DNA of 64,000 nt from Macrostomum lignano (taxonomy: Eukaryota), in assembly GCA_002269645.1 (NCBI GenBank), contig NIVC01001518.1, forward strand, positions 62,001 through 126,000, read 5' to 3'. Positions within the stretch are counted from its first letter, which is position 1. Every line of letters begins with the position of its first letter. Of this stretch, positions 25,201 through 36,010 are shown in pieces. The notes under the pieces were generated by a model, which saw only the letters and a program-made list of their open reading frames with translations, did not search any database and was not told where the DNA came from. The position numbers and the translations under genes were made by a program.

Positions 25201-27925
25201 AGGAGACAGTAGACAGTGAGAAGGAGACAGTAGGCAGTGAGAAGGAGGCAGTAGACAGTGAGAAGGAGACGGTAGACAGTGAGAAGGAGACAGTAGGCAG
25301 TGAGAAGGAGGCAGTAGACAGTGAGAAGGAGACGGTAGACAGTGAGAAGGAGACAGTAGGCAGTGAGAAGGAGGCAGTAGACAGTGAGAAGGAGACGGTA
25401 GACAGTGAGAAGGAGACAGTAGACAGTGAGAAGAAGGAGACAGTAGGCAGTGAGAAGGAGACAGTAGGCAGTGAGAAGGAGGCAGTAGACAGTGAGAAGG
25501 AGACAGTAGGCAGTGAGAAGGAGGCAGTAGACAGTGAGAAGGAGACGGTAGACAGTGAGAAGGAGACAGTAGACAGTGAGAAGGAGACGGTAGACAGTGA
25601 GAAGGAGACAGTAGACAGTGAGAAGAAGGAGACGGTAGACAGTGTGAGGGAGACAGTAGACAATGAGAATGAGACGGTGACAGTGAGTCACTCCCCATCT
25701 CACTCCCTCATCCCCCAGCTTCAAGCACAACGACCAGCAGGTGCAGTTGGACGTCGGCACCCGCACAATCACCGGCCGGTCCCTGCTGTCCTTCAAGTTC
25801 GACTCGCTGGGCCCGTCAGCTGCCGCCAGATTCGCTCAGGTGCTGGCTAATCACCTGGCCTTACCGCCGGAGTGCCCCTGTTGCCATGGTAGCGAGGGCA
25901 GAGGCAGGCGCGGCCTGTCCGGGCACCAACTCGGCCGGGATCAATTGGCGGAATCGGATGATGACAAAGACAGCTCCGAGGTGACAGACAAGGATGAGCA
26001 AGAGGACAATGGCGCGGCCTCCTCTGACGGCCTCCGCTCGAACCCCTGCTACCACGAGGAGGAGGTGGAAAATTTGAATAGCAAGCCGGCGAAAACTAAG
26101 GATAAGGTTAGTGGGCTTGGCTTGGCGCCAACTAAGACACAAGATTTGGCGCCAATTAAGACAAGATTTGGCGCCAATTAAGTCACAAAATTCGGCGCCA
26201 ATTAAAGCACAAGATTTGGCGCCAATTAAGACACAAGATTTAGTGCCAATTAAGACACAAGATTTGGCGCCAATTAAGACACAAGATTTGGCGCCAATTA
26301 AGACACAAGATTTGGCGCCAATTAAGACACAAGATTTAGTGCCAATTAAGACACAAGATTTGGCGCCAATTAAGACACAAGATTTAGTGCCAATTAAGAC
26401 ACAAGATTTGGCGCCAATTAAGACACAAGATTTGGCGCCAATTAAGACACAAGATTTAGTGCCAATTAAGACACAAGATTTGGCGCCAATTAAGACACGA
26501 GATTTGGCGCCAATTAAGACACAAGATTTGGCGCCAATTAAGACAAGATTTGGCGCCAATTAAGTCACAAAATTCGGCGCCAATTAAAGCACAAAATTTG
26601 GCGCCAATTAAGACACAAGATTTGGCGCCAATTAAGACACAAGATTTAGTGCCAATTAAGACACAAGATTTGGCGCCAATTAAGACACAAGATTTGGCGC
26701 CAATTAAGACACAAGATTTAGTGCCAATTAAGACACAAGATTTGGCGCCAATTAAGACAAGATTTGGTGCCAATTATGACACAAGATTTGGCGCCAATTA
26801 AGACACAAGATTTGGCGCCAATTAAGACACAAGATTTAGTGCCAATTAAGACACAAGATTTGGCGCCAATTAAGACACAAGATTTGGCGCCAATTAAAGT
26901 ACAAGATTTGGCGCCAATTAAGAAACAAGATTTGGCGCCAATTAAGACACGAGATTTGGCGCCAATTAAGACACAAGATTTGGTGCCAATTAAGACACAA
27001 GATTTGGCGCTAATTAAGACACAAGATTTGGCGCCAATTAAGACACAAGATTTGGCGCTAATTAAGACACAAGATTTGGCGCCAATAAAGACACAAGATT
27101 TCGCGCCAATTAAGACACAAAATTTGGCGCCAATTAAGACACCAGATTTGGCGCCAATTAAGACACAAGATTTGGCGCCAACTAAGACACAAGATATGGC
27201 GCCAATTAAGACACAAGATTTGGTGCCAATTAAGACACAAGATTTGGCGCCAATTAAGTCACAAAATTCAGCGCCAATTAAAGCACAAAATTTGGCGCCA
27301 TCTCAATAAAAATCGAATATTAATGCCATTGATTTATACTACACAGAATTTTAAAATTGTTTCTACAAATCTAAAAATACTGTAATAGCCAAACTGCACT
27401 ACTCGCCAATGCGATCAGTAGTCTAATGCGATTTCCTATCATATTTTCAAGGTTAGTAAAGTGAAGACATCGAGAGAGCAGCGGCAGCAGAGGAAGCGGA
27501 TGCTGCGGCAGACCAGGATGAAATCGGCAGAGCCCGACTACTACAGTTCGGTTGTGCGCAAACCGCAGTCAGCTTCCGTAAAGCTGTCGCAGGTCAGTCC
27601 GCCGCCGCCGCCCGCCGCTCTAGCCGCGGCCGCTTCCTTCGCGGAGTCCAATTCGCCGTCTGTGGAGCAGCAGCAGCAGCCGCAGCCGAACTCGCTGGTG
27701 CCACCAAACCGGCAGACGTCGGTGGAGACCATCAGCGTCACTCCGCCAGCGCCGCCGCCGCCGCCACGGACAATGGACGATGCCTATGAATCGGTTGTGG
27801 CGATTCCGCCAGCCGAATTCGCTGACGATGTCAAAATTGCGATGCAGTTTTCGGACGCCTACGTGCAGGAGCAGCAGAAGAGGGTGATGGCGCAGAAGAC
27901 GCAGAAGAAGAAGGCCAAGAAGTAG
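22252..27925 (+). CDS. PH + IRS-type PTB docking/adaptor protein (Dok/IRS/FRS2-like); exons 22252-22308, 22394-22901, 23878-24052, 25719-26106, 27452-27925, about 533 aa
   Basis: Five GT-AG exons join in frame (1602 nt). N-terminus MNFHIFHVKSKIFKKPPKN|DWFEVRV...IDLSEF...FYRLEL...MSCQDKSMFQEFCRQL is PH-like. WPLTQIRS|FKHNDQQVQLDVGTRTITGRSLLSFKF resembles IRS-PTB (WP...LRRYG....FSFEAGRRC.TG.G.F.F). Pro/acidic tail carries Tyr motifs. Family call is from remembered motifs, not a search. Confidence 0.75.
23130..23450. repeat. 20-bp tandem repeat (CTGACACCTCTCGGAAGATT), adaptor gene intron 2
   Basis: About 15 units. Confidence 0.95.
23470..23795. repeat. 21-bp tandem repeat (ACACTGATACTCTTCTACCGG), adaptor gene intron 2
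   Basis: About 15 units. Confidence 0.95.
24265..24335 (+). mobile_element. Degenerate tRNA-like SINE head in adaptor intron 3
   Basis: A-box-like CAGCTCAGCCGT and B-box GGTTCGATTC at tRNA-like spacing; no clean cloverleaf. Confidence 0.35.
25095..25690. repeat. 21-bp tandem repeat (GTAGACAGTGAGAAGGAGACA), adaptor intron 3
   Basis: About 27 units ending just before the polypyrimidine tract. Confidence 0.95.
26120..27302. repeat. 21-bp tandem repeat (GATTTGGCGCCAATTAAGACACAA core) with palindrome TTGGCGCCAA, adaptor intron 4
   Basis: About 55 units; occasional shorter units shift frame. Confidence 0.95.
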
Positions 27926-28004
27926 AGAACTGGCGCTGCGGCGGCTGAATGGACAGCGGAGTTGAGTGACAGATAGGCTTTAGGTGGCTGACTACTCGAA
28001 TAGC

Positions 28005-28365
28005 GTGCTATAGACTATAGAGTGATAGTCTAGAGAGTGACAGGGTAGAGAGTGACAGACTAGAGAGTGACAGACTAGGGAGTGACAGACTAGATAGTGA
28101 CAGACTAGAGAGTGACAGACTAGAGAGTGACAGACTAGGGAGTGACAGGGTAGAGAGTGACAGAATAGAGAGTGACAGACTAGGGAGTGACAGACTAGAG
28201 AGTGACAGACTAGGGAGTGACAGACTAGATAGTGACAGACTAGAGAGTGACAGACTAGAGAGTGACAGACTAGAGAGTGACAGACTAGAGAGTGACAGAC
28301 TAGAGAGTGACAGTCTAGACAGGCTAGAGTGACAAAGTAGCTGAGTGACAGCCTAGAGAGTGACA
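28005..28365. repeat. 15-bp tandem repeat (AGAGTGACAGACTAG) downstream of the adaptor stop
   Basis: About 22 units. Confidence 0.95.
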
Positions 28366-28891
28366 GACAACAAATCATGAATGCTTTCAGACAGGCAGCC
28401 ACGCCGCTCGCAGCTGTGACAGCCCAGTGCATGCTTAACGTCCAGTGACTTTAACAAAGCAAGGCTATTTAGATTACCCAGTCGCTATTGGCTACTACCA
28501 GTAGGAACGTAACGGCACAGTAAAATCAATTATAAAAAATTATGAAATCCCCAGTTGATTCGCTCCCAATGTGAGTTAAACTCGAAAAACTGTGTTTTTA
28601 CTTTAATCACTTTGAAATACTGAAATTGCAGTGCCCTTCTGCAGTTTATGCAACAATACTATAAATCTATTTACCCTGTATACCGGTATGTGCTCGTGAC
28701 GATTGCCAAAAATTCACTTGTATGTCTAACAGCGATTTGTAAATTTTTCGATTATTACAGAATGATAATTGCTCATTCCAGACAGTTTCAAACTCTACTA
28801 CTTATAGCAATATAGCGATTAAATAAAGCCATTATTTCTTAGTTATGCCTGACAATGACGCGTAAATCTTGACTTTATTCAGCATGCAGTG

Positions 28892-31800
28892 ATGCCTCCA
28901 GCTCTGATCATTGTGGCGCCTCCAGCTCTGATCATTGTGGCGCTGGCACCTCCAGCTCTGATCATTGTGGCGCCTCCAGCTCTGATCATTGTGGCGCTGG
29001 CACCTCCAGCTCTGATCATTGTGGCGCCTCCAGCTCTGATCATTGTGGCGCTGGCACCTCCAGCTCTGATCATTGTGGCGCCTCCAGCTCTGATAATTGT
29101 GGCGCCTCCAGCTCTGATCATTGTGGCGCCTCCAGCTCTGATCATTGTGGCGCCTCCAGCTCTGATCATTGTGGCGCCTCCAGCTCTGATCATTGTAGCG
29201 CCTCCAGCTCTGATCATTATGCAGTTTATGCACTTTATTCAGCATGCAGTGATGCCTCCAGCTCTGATCATTGTGGCGCCTCCAGCTCTGATCATTGTGG
29301 CGCTGGCACCTCCAGCTCTGATCATTGTGGCGCCTCCAGCTCTGATCATTGTGGCGCTGGCACCTCCAGCTCTGATCATTGTGGCGCCTCCAGCTCTGAT
29401 CATTGTGGCGCTGGCACCTCCAGCTCTGATCATTGTGGCGCCTCCAGCTCTGATAATTGTGGCGCCTCCAGCTCTGATCATTGTGGCGCCTCCAGCTCTG
29501 ATCATTGTGGCGCCTCCAGCTCTGATCATTGTGGCGCCTCCAGCTCTGATCATTGTAGCGCCTCCAGCTCTGATCATTGTGGCGCTGGCACCTCCAGCTC
29601 TGATCATTGTGGCGCCTCCAGCTCTGATCATTGTGGCGCCTCCAGCTCTGATCATTGTGGCGCCTCCAGCTCTGATCATTGTGGCGCTGGCACCTCCAGC
29701 TCTGATCATTGTGGCGCCTCCAGCTCTGATCATTGTGGCGCTGGCACCTCCAGCTCTGATCATTGTGGCGCCTCCAGCTCTGATAATTGTGGCGCCTCCA
29801 GCTCTGATAATTGTGGCGCCTCCAGCTCTGATCATTGTGGCGCCTCCAGCTCTGATAATTGTGGCGCCTCCAGCTCTGATCATTGTGGCGCCTCCAGCTC
29901 TGATCATTGTGGCGCCTCCAGCTCTGATAATTGTGGCGCCTCCAGCTCTGATCATTGTGGCGCCTCCAGCTCTGATCATTGTGGCGCCTCCAGCTCTGAT
30001 CATTGTGGCGCCTCCAGCTCTGATCATTGTGGCGCCTCCAGCTCTGATCATTGTGGCGCCTCCAGCTCTGATCATTGTGGCGCCTCCAGCTCTGATCATT
30101 GTGGCGCCTCCAGCTCTGATCATTGTGGCGCCTCCAGCTCTGATCATTGTGGCGCTGGCACCTCCAGCTCTGATCATTGTGGCGCTGGCGCCTCCAGCTC
30201 TGATCATTGTGGCGCTGGCGCCTCCAGCTCTGATCATTGTGGCGCTGGCGCCTCCAGCTCTGATCATTGTGGCGCCTCCAGCTCTGATCATTGTGGCGCT
30301 GGCACCTCCAGCTCTGATCATTGTGGCGCCTCCAGCTCTGATCATTGTGGCGCTGGCACCTCCAGCTCTGATCATTGTGGCGCCTCCAGCTCTGATCATT
30401 GTGGCGCCTCCAGCTCTGATCATTGTGGCGCCTCCAGCTCTGATCATTGTGGCGCCTCCAGCTCTGATAATTGTGGCGCCTCCAGCTCTGATCATTGTGG
30501 CGCCTCCAGCTCTGATCATTGTGGCGCCTCCAGCTCTGATCATTGTGGCGCCTCCAGCTCTGATCATTGTGGCGCCTCCAGCTCTGATCATTGTGGCGCT
30601 GGCACCTCCAGCTCTGATCATTGTGGCGCCTCCAGCTCTGATAATTGTGGCGCCTCCAGCTCTGATCATTGTGGCGCCTCCAGCTCTGATCATTGTGGCG
30701 CCTCCAGCTCTGATCATTGTGGCGCCTCCAGCTCTGATCATTGTGGCGCCTCTAGCTCTGATCATTGTGGCGCTGGCACCTCCAGCTCTGATCATTGTGG
30801 CGCCTCCAGCTCTGATCATTGTGGCGCTGGCACCTCCAGCTCTGATCATTGTGGCGCCTCCAGCTCTGATAATTGTGGCGCCTCCAGCTCTGATAATTGT
30901 GGCGCCTCCAGCTCTGATCATTGTGGCGCCTCCAGCTCTGATAATTGTGGCGCCTCCAGCTCTGATCATTGTGGCGCCTCCAGCTCTGATCATTGTGGCG
31001 CCTCCAGCTCTGATAATTGTGGCGCCTCCAGCTCTGATCATTGTGGCGCCTCCAGCTCTGATCATTGTGGCGCCTCCAGCTCTGATCATTGTGGCGCCTC
31101 CAGCTCTGATCATTGTGGCGCTGGCACCTCCAGCTCTGATCATTGTGGCGCCTCCAGCTCTGATCATTGTGGCGCTGGCACCTCCAGCTCTGATCATTGT
31201 GGCGCCTCCAGCTCTGATCATTGTGGCGCTGGCACCTCCAGCTCTGATCATTGTGGCGCCTCCAGCTCTGATCATTGTGGCGCCTCCAGCTCTGATAATT
31301 GTGGCGCCTCCAGCTCTGATCATTGTGGCGCCTCCAGCTCTGATCATTGTGGCGCCTCCAGCTCTGATAATTGTGGCGCCTCCAGCTCTGATCATTGTGG
31401 CGCCTCCAGCTCTGATCATTGTGGCGCCTCCAGCTCTGATCATTGTGGCGCCTCCAGCTCTGATCATTGTGGCGCCTCCAGCTCTGATCATTGTGGCGCC
31501 TCCAGCTCTGATCATTGTGGCGCCTCCAGCTCTGATCATTGTGGCGCCTCCAGCTCTGATCATTGTGGCGCCTCCAGCTCTGATCATTGTGGCGCTGGCA
31601 CCTCCAGCTCTGATCATTGTGGCGCCTCCAGCTCTGATAATTGTGGCGCCTCCAGCTCTGATCATTGTGGCGCCTCCAGCTCTGATCATTGTGGCGCCTC
31701 CAGCTCTGATCATTGTGGCGCCTCCAGCTCTGATCATTGTGGCGCTGGCACCTCCAGCTCTGATCATTGTGGCGCCTCCAGCTCTGATAATTGTGGCGCC

Positions 31801-32735
31801 TCCAGCTCTGATAATTGTGGCGCCTCCAGCTCTGATCATTGTGGCGCCTCCAGCTCTGATAATTGTGGCGCCTCCAGCTCTGATCATTGTGGCGCCTCCA
31901 GCTCTGATCATTGTGGCGCCTCCAGCTCTGATAATTGTGGCGCCTCCAGCTCTGATCATTGTGGCGCCTCCAGCTCTGATCATTGTGGCGCCTCCAGCTC
32001 TGATCATTGTGGCGCCTCCAGCTCTGATCATTGTGGCGCTGGCACCTCCAGCTCTGATCATTGTGGCGCCTCCAGCTCTGATCATTGTGGCGCTGGCACC
32101 TCCAGCTCTGATCATTGTGGCGCCTCCAGCTCTGATCATTGTGGCGCTGGCACCTCCAGCTCTGATCATTGTGGCGCCTCCAGCTCTGATCATTGTGGCG
32201 CCTCCAGCTCTGATAATTGTGGCGCCTCCAGCTCTGATCATTGTGGCGCCTCCAGCTCTGATCATTGTGGCGCCTCCAGCTCTGATAATTGTGGCGCCTC
32301 CAGCTCTGATCATTGTGGCGCCTCCAGCTCTGATCATTGTGGCGCCTCCAGCTCTGATCATTGTGGCGCCTCCAGCTCTGATCATTGTGGCGCCTCCAGC
32401 TCTGATCATTGTGGCGCCTCCAGCTCTGATCATTGTGGCGCCTCCAGCTCTGATCATTGTGGCGCCTCCAGCTCTGATCATTGTGGCGCCTCCAGCTCTG
32501 ATCATTGTGGCGCTGGCACCTCCAGCTCTGATCATTGTGGCGCTGGCGCCTCCAGCTCTGATCATTGTGGCGCTGGCGCCTCCAGCTCTGATCATTGTGG
32601 CGCTGGCGCCTCCAGCTCTGATCATTGTGGCGCCCTCACTCCCTCCAGCTCTGATCATTGTGGCGCCCTCACTCCCTCCAGCTCTGATCCTTGTGGCGCC
32701 TCCAGCTCTGATCATTGTGGCGCCATCACTGGCGC
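28892..32735. repeat. 3.85-kb 24/30/33-bp minisatellite (CCTCCAGCTCTGATCATTGTGGCG) carrying a 1285-codon open frame (PPALIIVA)n
   Basis: Highly homogeneous; a 360-bp block including the unique leader TTTATTCAGCATGCAGTGATG is duplicated (28874 and 29234). Confidence 0.95.
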
Positions 32736-33439
32736 CTTCCTATTGAGATTTCGAATCATATAACACTTAGTAATATTATTAAGAAGCGACTTGAGCAAAT
32801 CCTACTCAATATTTTAGTTAAAATTGCAACCAGATTTTCATGATTTGTGAAAACATTTATTAATAGTTAGATTTTATAGCGCAGAATTGTGCAACTGAGG
32901 TTTCAAAAACGACTTTTAGCAACTTTTTTGTGCGGGCAATGATTTGACCTTCAAAGTTACAGCATAAGATAGCAACAGATAGCAACAGACAAGGCCAAAT
33001 CAATACAGGAAAGAAAGATGGAATTATTCTAATAAAAGTTTACGCAATCCGAATTACACAAATTAAGTAGACTCGCATTTTACCGTAGTTTAAAAAGAGA
33101 AGAAATTGTGGCATACGCGAATGACACTACTACTGTGCTGTGAGTAGAGCGATGAGTAGGAGGTAAGCCGTTTATGCCGTTGTTTTTTAGCCATTTTCAA
33201 ACGATATTTTTATCTACTAATAATTAAAAATAGGTTAATAAAATACTTTTACTAATGAGCATTTTATTGCACCTTGGAAATTTAATTTAGACAAATTCAA
33301 AACTGTACTACACAGAAGTCTAACATGCAGATTAATAATGACGCAAGAATAAAGAGACCGTGGCGACCGGTTGAGGCAAAAAGGGAGATGAATCAGCGCT
33401 GAGTTCACTGAGAGCCTTCTAACGAGCGATATGAGCGGT

Positions 33440-33980
33440 CAGGGAATGCTGGAAGGGGTCAGGGGGTGCTGGAAGGGGTCAGGGGGTGCTGGAAGGGGTC
33501 AGGGGGTGCTGGAAGGGGTCAGGGTCTGCTGGAAGGGGTCAGGGGGTGCTGGAAGGGGTCAGGGGGTGCTGGAAGGGGTCAGGGTCTGCTGGAAGGGGTC
33601 AGGGTCTGCTGGAAGGGGTCAGGGTCTGCTGGAAGGGGTCAGGGTCTGCTGGAAGGGGTCAGGGGGTGCTGGAAGGGGTCAGGGGGTGCTGGAAGGGGTC
33701 AGGGGGTGCTGAATGGAATCAGGGGGGGCTGGAAGGGGTCAGGGGGTGCTGGAAGGGGTCAGGGTCTGCTGGAAGGGGTCAGGGTCTGCTGGAAGGGGTC
33801 AGGGTCTGCTGGAAGGGGTCAGGGTCTGCTGGAAGGGGTCAGGGAGTGCTGGAAGGGGTCAGGGTCTGCTGGAAGGGGTCAGGGGGTGCTGGAAGGGGTC
33901 AGGGGGTGCTGGAAGGGGTCAGGGGGTGCTGAATGGAATCAGGGGGTGCTGGAAAGGGGTCAGGGGGTGCTGGAAGGGGT
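33440..33980. repeat. 20-bp tandem repeat (GCTGGAAGGGGTCAGGGGGT/GGTCT) just 3' of the homeobox stop
   Basis: About 26 units. Confidence 0.95.
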
Positions 33981-34048
33981 CCCCAATCCGCAGTCAAAAT
34001 GTGTACCAAAATCAGCAGTCAAAGGTTCACTGATGCAGAAACCGATCG

Positions 34049-35074
34049 TCAAGGTGAAGAATGTCCATCAGGCGAGGATGCCTCAGCGCCACTGAACAGG
34101 TGCGACTGAGGCGTCACGTTGGTAGCGGCGGCGGCGGAGCCGCTCAAGCCGGCCAGCCGGTAGAGATCGAACCCCGGCACGCTGCGACCCTCTTGCAGCG
34201 GTTTCACATAGCGCCTCCGAGCGTTGATAAACCAGTTGTTCACGGTGGTCTTGGTCAGCTGGGTGTCCCTGGCCAAGGACTCTTTCTGCTCCTCGGACGG
34301 GTAGGGCTGGTGCAGGTTGGTTGCCAGCCAGTGGAACAAAGTCCGCCGCGCGCTGTAGGGCAGGTTGGGTCGGGAGCCTCGCTTTGCCGAGCACCAGTCC
34401 AGCTGCTGCTGCTGCTGTTGTCCTTGACTTTGACGCCGTCCATCGCAGGACAAGTCGGTTGCTGTCACCGCTGTCTCGTCGTTCTCCTCATCTAATTCGG
34501 CGATGTCGGTTGATGCCGGTGCGCTGCTGTCGCCTGCGGCTGACCACCTCAACGGCGTTGAAAACAGCGACTGCGACACCGCGGCTGAGGTCTGCTGCTG
34601 CATCGGCATCGGAGGAGGCGGCGGCGGTAGAGCCGACATGAACAGGGACTGCATCTGACGGTGGTGAAGGTGCTGTTGATGTTGCTGATGCTGCTGCTGA
34701 CTCGAGCTGGCCTGCAGAGCGGCCAAGGACTGCTGCAGAGCCATCGAGGCGAATATCGACTGGAAACTGCTGAGTGGGGGCGGCGGCGGCTGCGGCGCTG
34801 GCGGTGGAGGCGGCGGCAGAGGCGGCAGCGAAGGCTGGTAGACAGACAGCCTCTGATGCTGGTGGTGCAGAGGCGAGATGACATCCTGCAGCCGTCTGAC
34901 TGAGGCGGAGGTGACGCCGGCGTTGCTGACGACGCTTGGAGCGGCGCGTTTCCGACGGGATTTCGACGGCGAGCCTGCAGAGATATCGCTGTGGCTCGGG
35001 ACCGTCAGGGCCGGTCGCGAGGCCTCAGATTCATTGGGCGTCTTCGGCTCCAGGACCTCGGATTGAGGCTGCAT
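34049..35074 (-). CDS. TALE-class homeodomain protein (divergent Meis/Pknox/TGIF-like) with poly-P/poly-Q N-terminal part; 5' end uncertain
   Basis: RPNLPYSARRTLFHWLATNLHQPYPSEEQKESLARDTQLTKTTVNNWFINARRRYVKP: PYP three-residue loop extension and WFINARRR with Ile50. AG acceptors at 35093 and 35069 suggest an upstream exon is possible. Confidence 0.9.
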   Translation of the reverse strand: MQPQSEVLEPKTPNESEASRPALTVPSHSDISAGSPSKSRRKRAAPSVVSNAGVTSASVRRLQDVISPLHHQHQRLSVYQPSLPPLPPPPPPAPQPPPPPLSSFQSIFASMALQQSLAALQASSSQQQHQQHQQHLHHRQMQSLFMSALPPPPPPMPMQQQTSAAVSQSLFSTPLRWSAAGDSSAPASTDIAELDEENDETAVTATDLSCDGRRQSQGQQQQQQLDWCSAKRGSRPNLPYSARRTLFHWLATNLHQPYPSEEQKESLARDTQLTKTTVNNWFINARRRYVKPLQEGRSVPGFDLYRLAGLSGSAAAATNVTPQSHLFSGAEASSPDGHSSP

Positions 35075-35199
35075 TGCATTGGGTATGCGCGGCTGGATAT
35101 AGCAGGTTTAAGGGGGGTACCAGATTGGGTAGGGGAGAGAAAAAGAGAAAATAAGACGGGAGAGTGTGAGGTTAGATGAGAGTAGATGAGTTTAAGTGG

Positions 35200-36010
35200 A
35201 GGAAAGAAGAAGGTAAAAGAGGGTGAAAAAGAGTAGAGGAGGGCAAAAGAGGTTAAAGGAGGATAGAGGAGTGTAGGGGAGTGTAAAGGAGGGTAGAGGA
35301 GTGTAGAGGAGTGTAGAGGAGGGTAGAAGAGAGTAGAGGAAGGTAGAGGAAGGTAGAGGAAGGTAGAGGAGGGTAGAGGGAGGGTAGAGGGAGGGTAGAG
35401 GAGGATAGAGGGAGTGTAGAGGAGTGTAGAGGAGGGTAGAAGAGAGTAGAGGAAGGTAGAGGAAGGTAGAGGAAGGTAGAGGGGGGTAGAGGGAGGGTAG
35501 AGGGAGGGTAGAGGAGGATAGAGGGAGGGTAGAGGAGTGTAGAGGAGGGTAGTGGAGGGTAGAGGAGGATAGAGGAGGATAGAGGAGGATAGAGGAAGAT
35601 AGAGGAGTGTAGAGGAGGGTAGAGGAGTGTAGAGGAGTGTAGAGGAGTGTAGAGGAGTGTAGAGGAGGGTAGTGGAGGGTAGAGGGAGGGTAAAGGAGGG
35701 TAGTGGAGGATAGAGGAGGGTAGTGGAGGATAGAGGAGGGTAGAGGAGTGTAGAGGAGTGTAGAGGAGGGTAGTGGAGGGTAGAGGGAGGGTAAAGGAGG
35801 GTAGTGGAGGATAGAGGAGGGTAGAGGAGTGTAGAGGAGTGTAGAGGAGGGTAGTGGAGGGTAGAGGGAGGGTAAAGGAGGGTAGTGGAGGATAGAGGAG
35901 GGTAGAGGAGTGTAGAGGAGTGTAGAGGAGAGTAGATAAGAGTAGAGGGGGTAGAGGAGGGTAGAGGAGAGTAGTGGAGGGTAGAGGAGTGTAGAAGAAG
36001 GTAGAGGAGA
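35200..36010. repeat. Purine-rich degenerate 10-bp repeat (GTAGAGGAGG/T), probably intronic or 5' of the homeobox exon
   Basis: Polypurine/polypyrimidine tract of about 800 bp. Confidence 0.9.
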
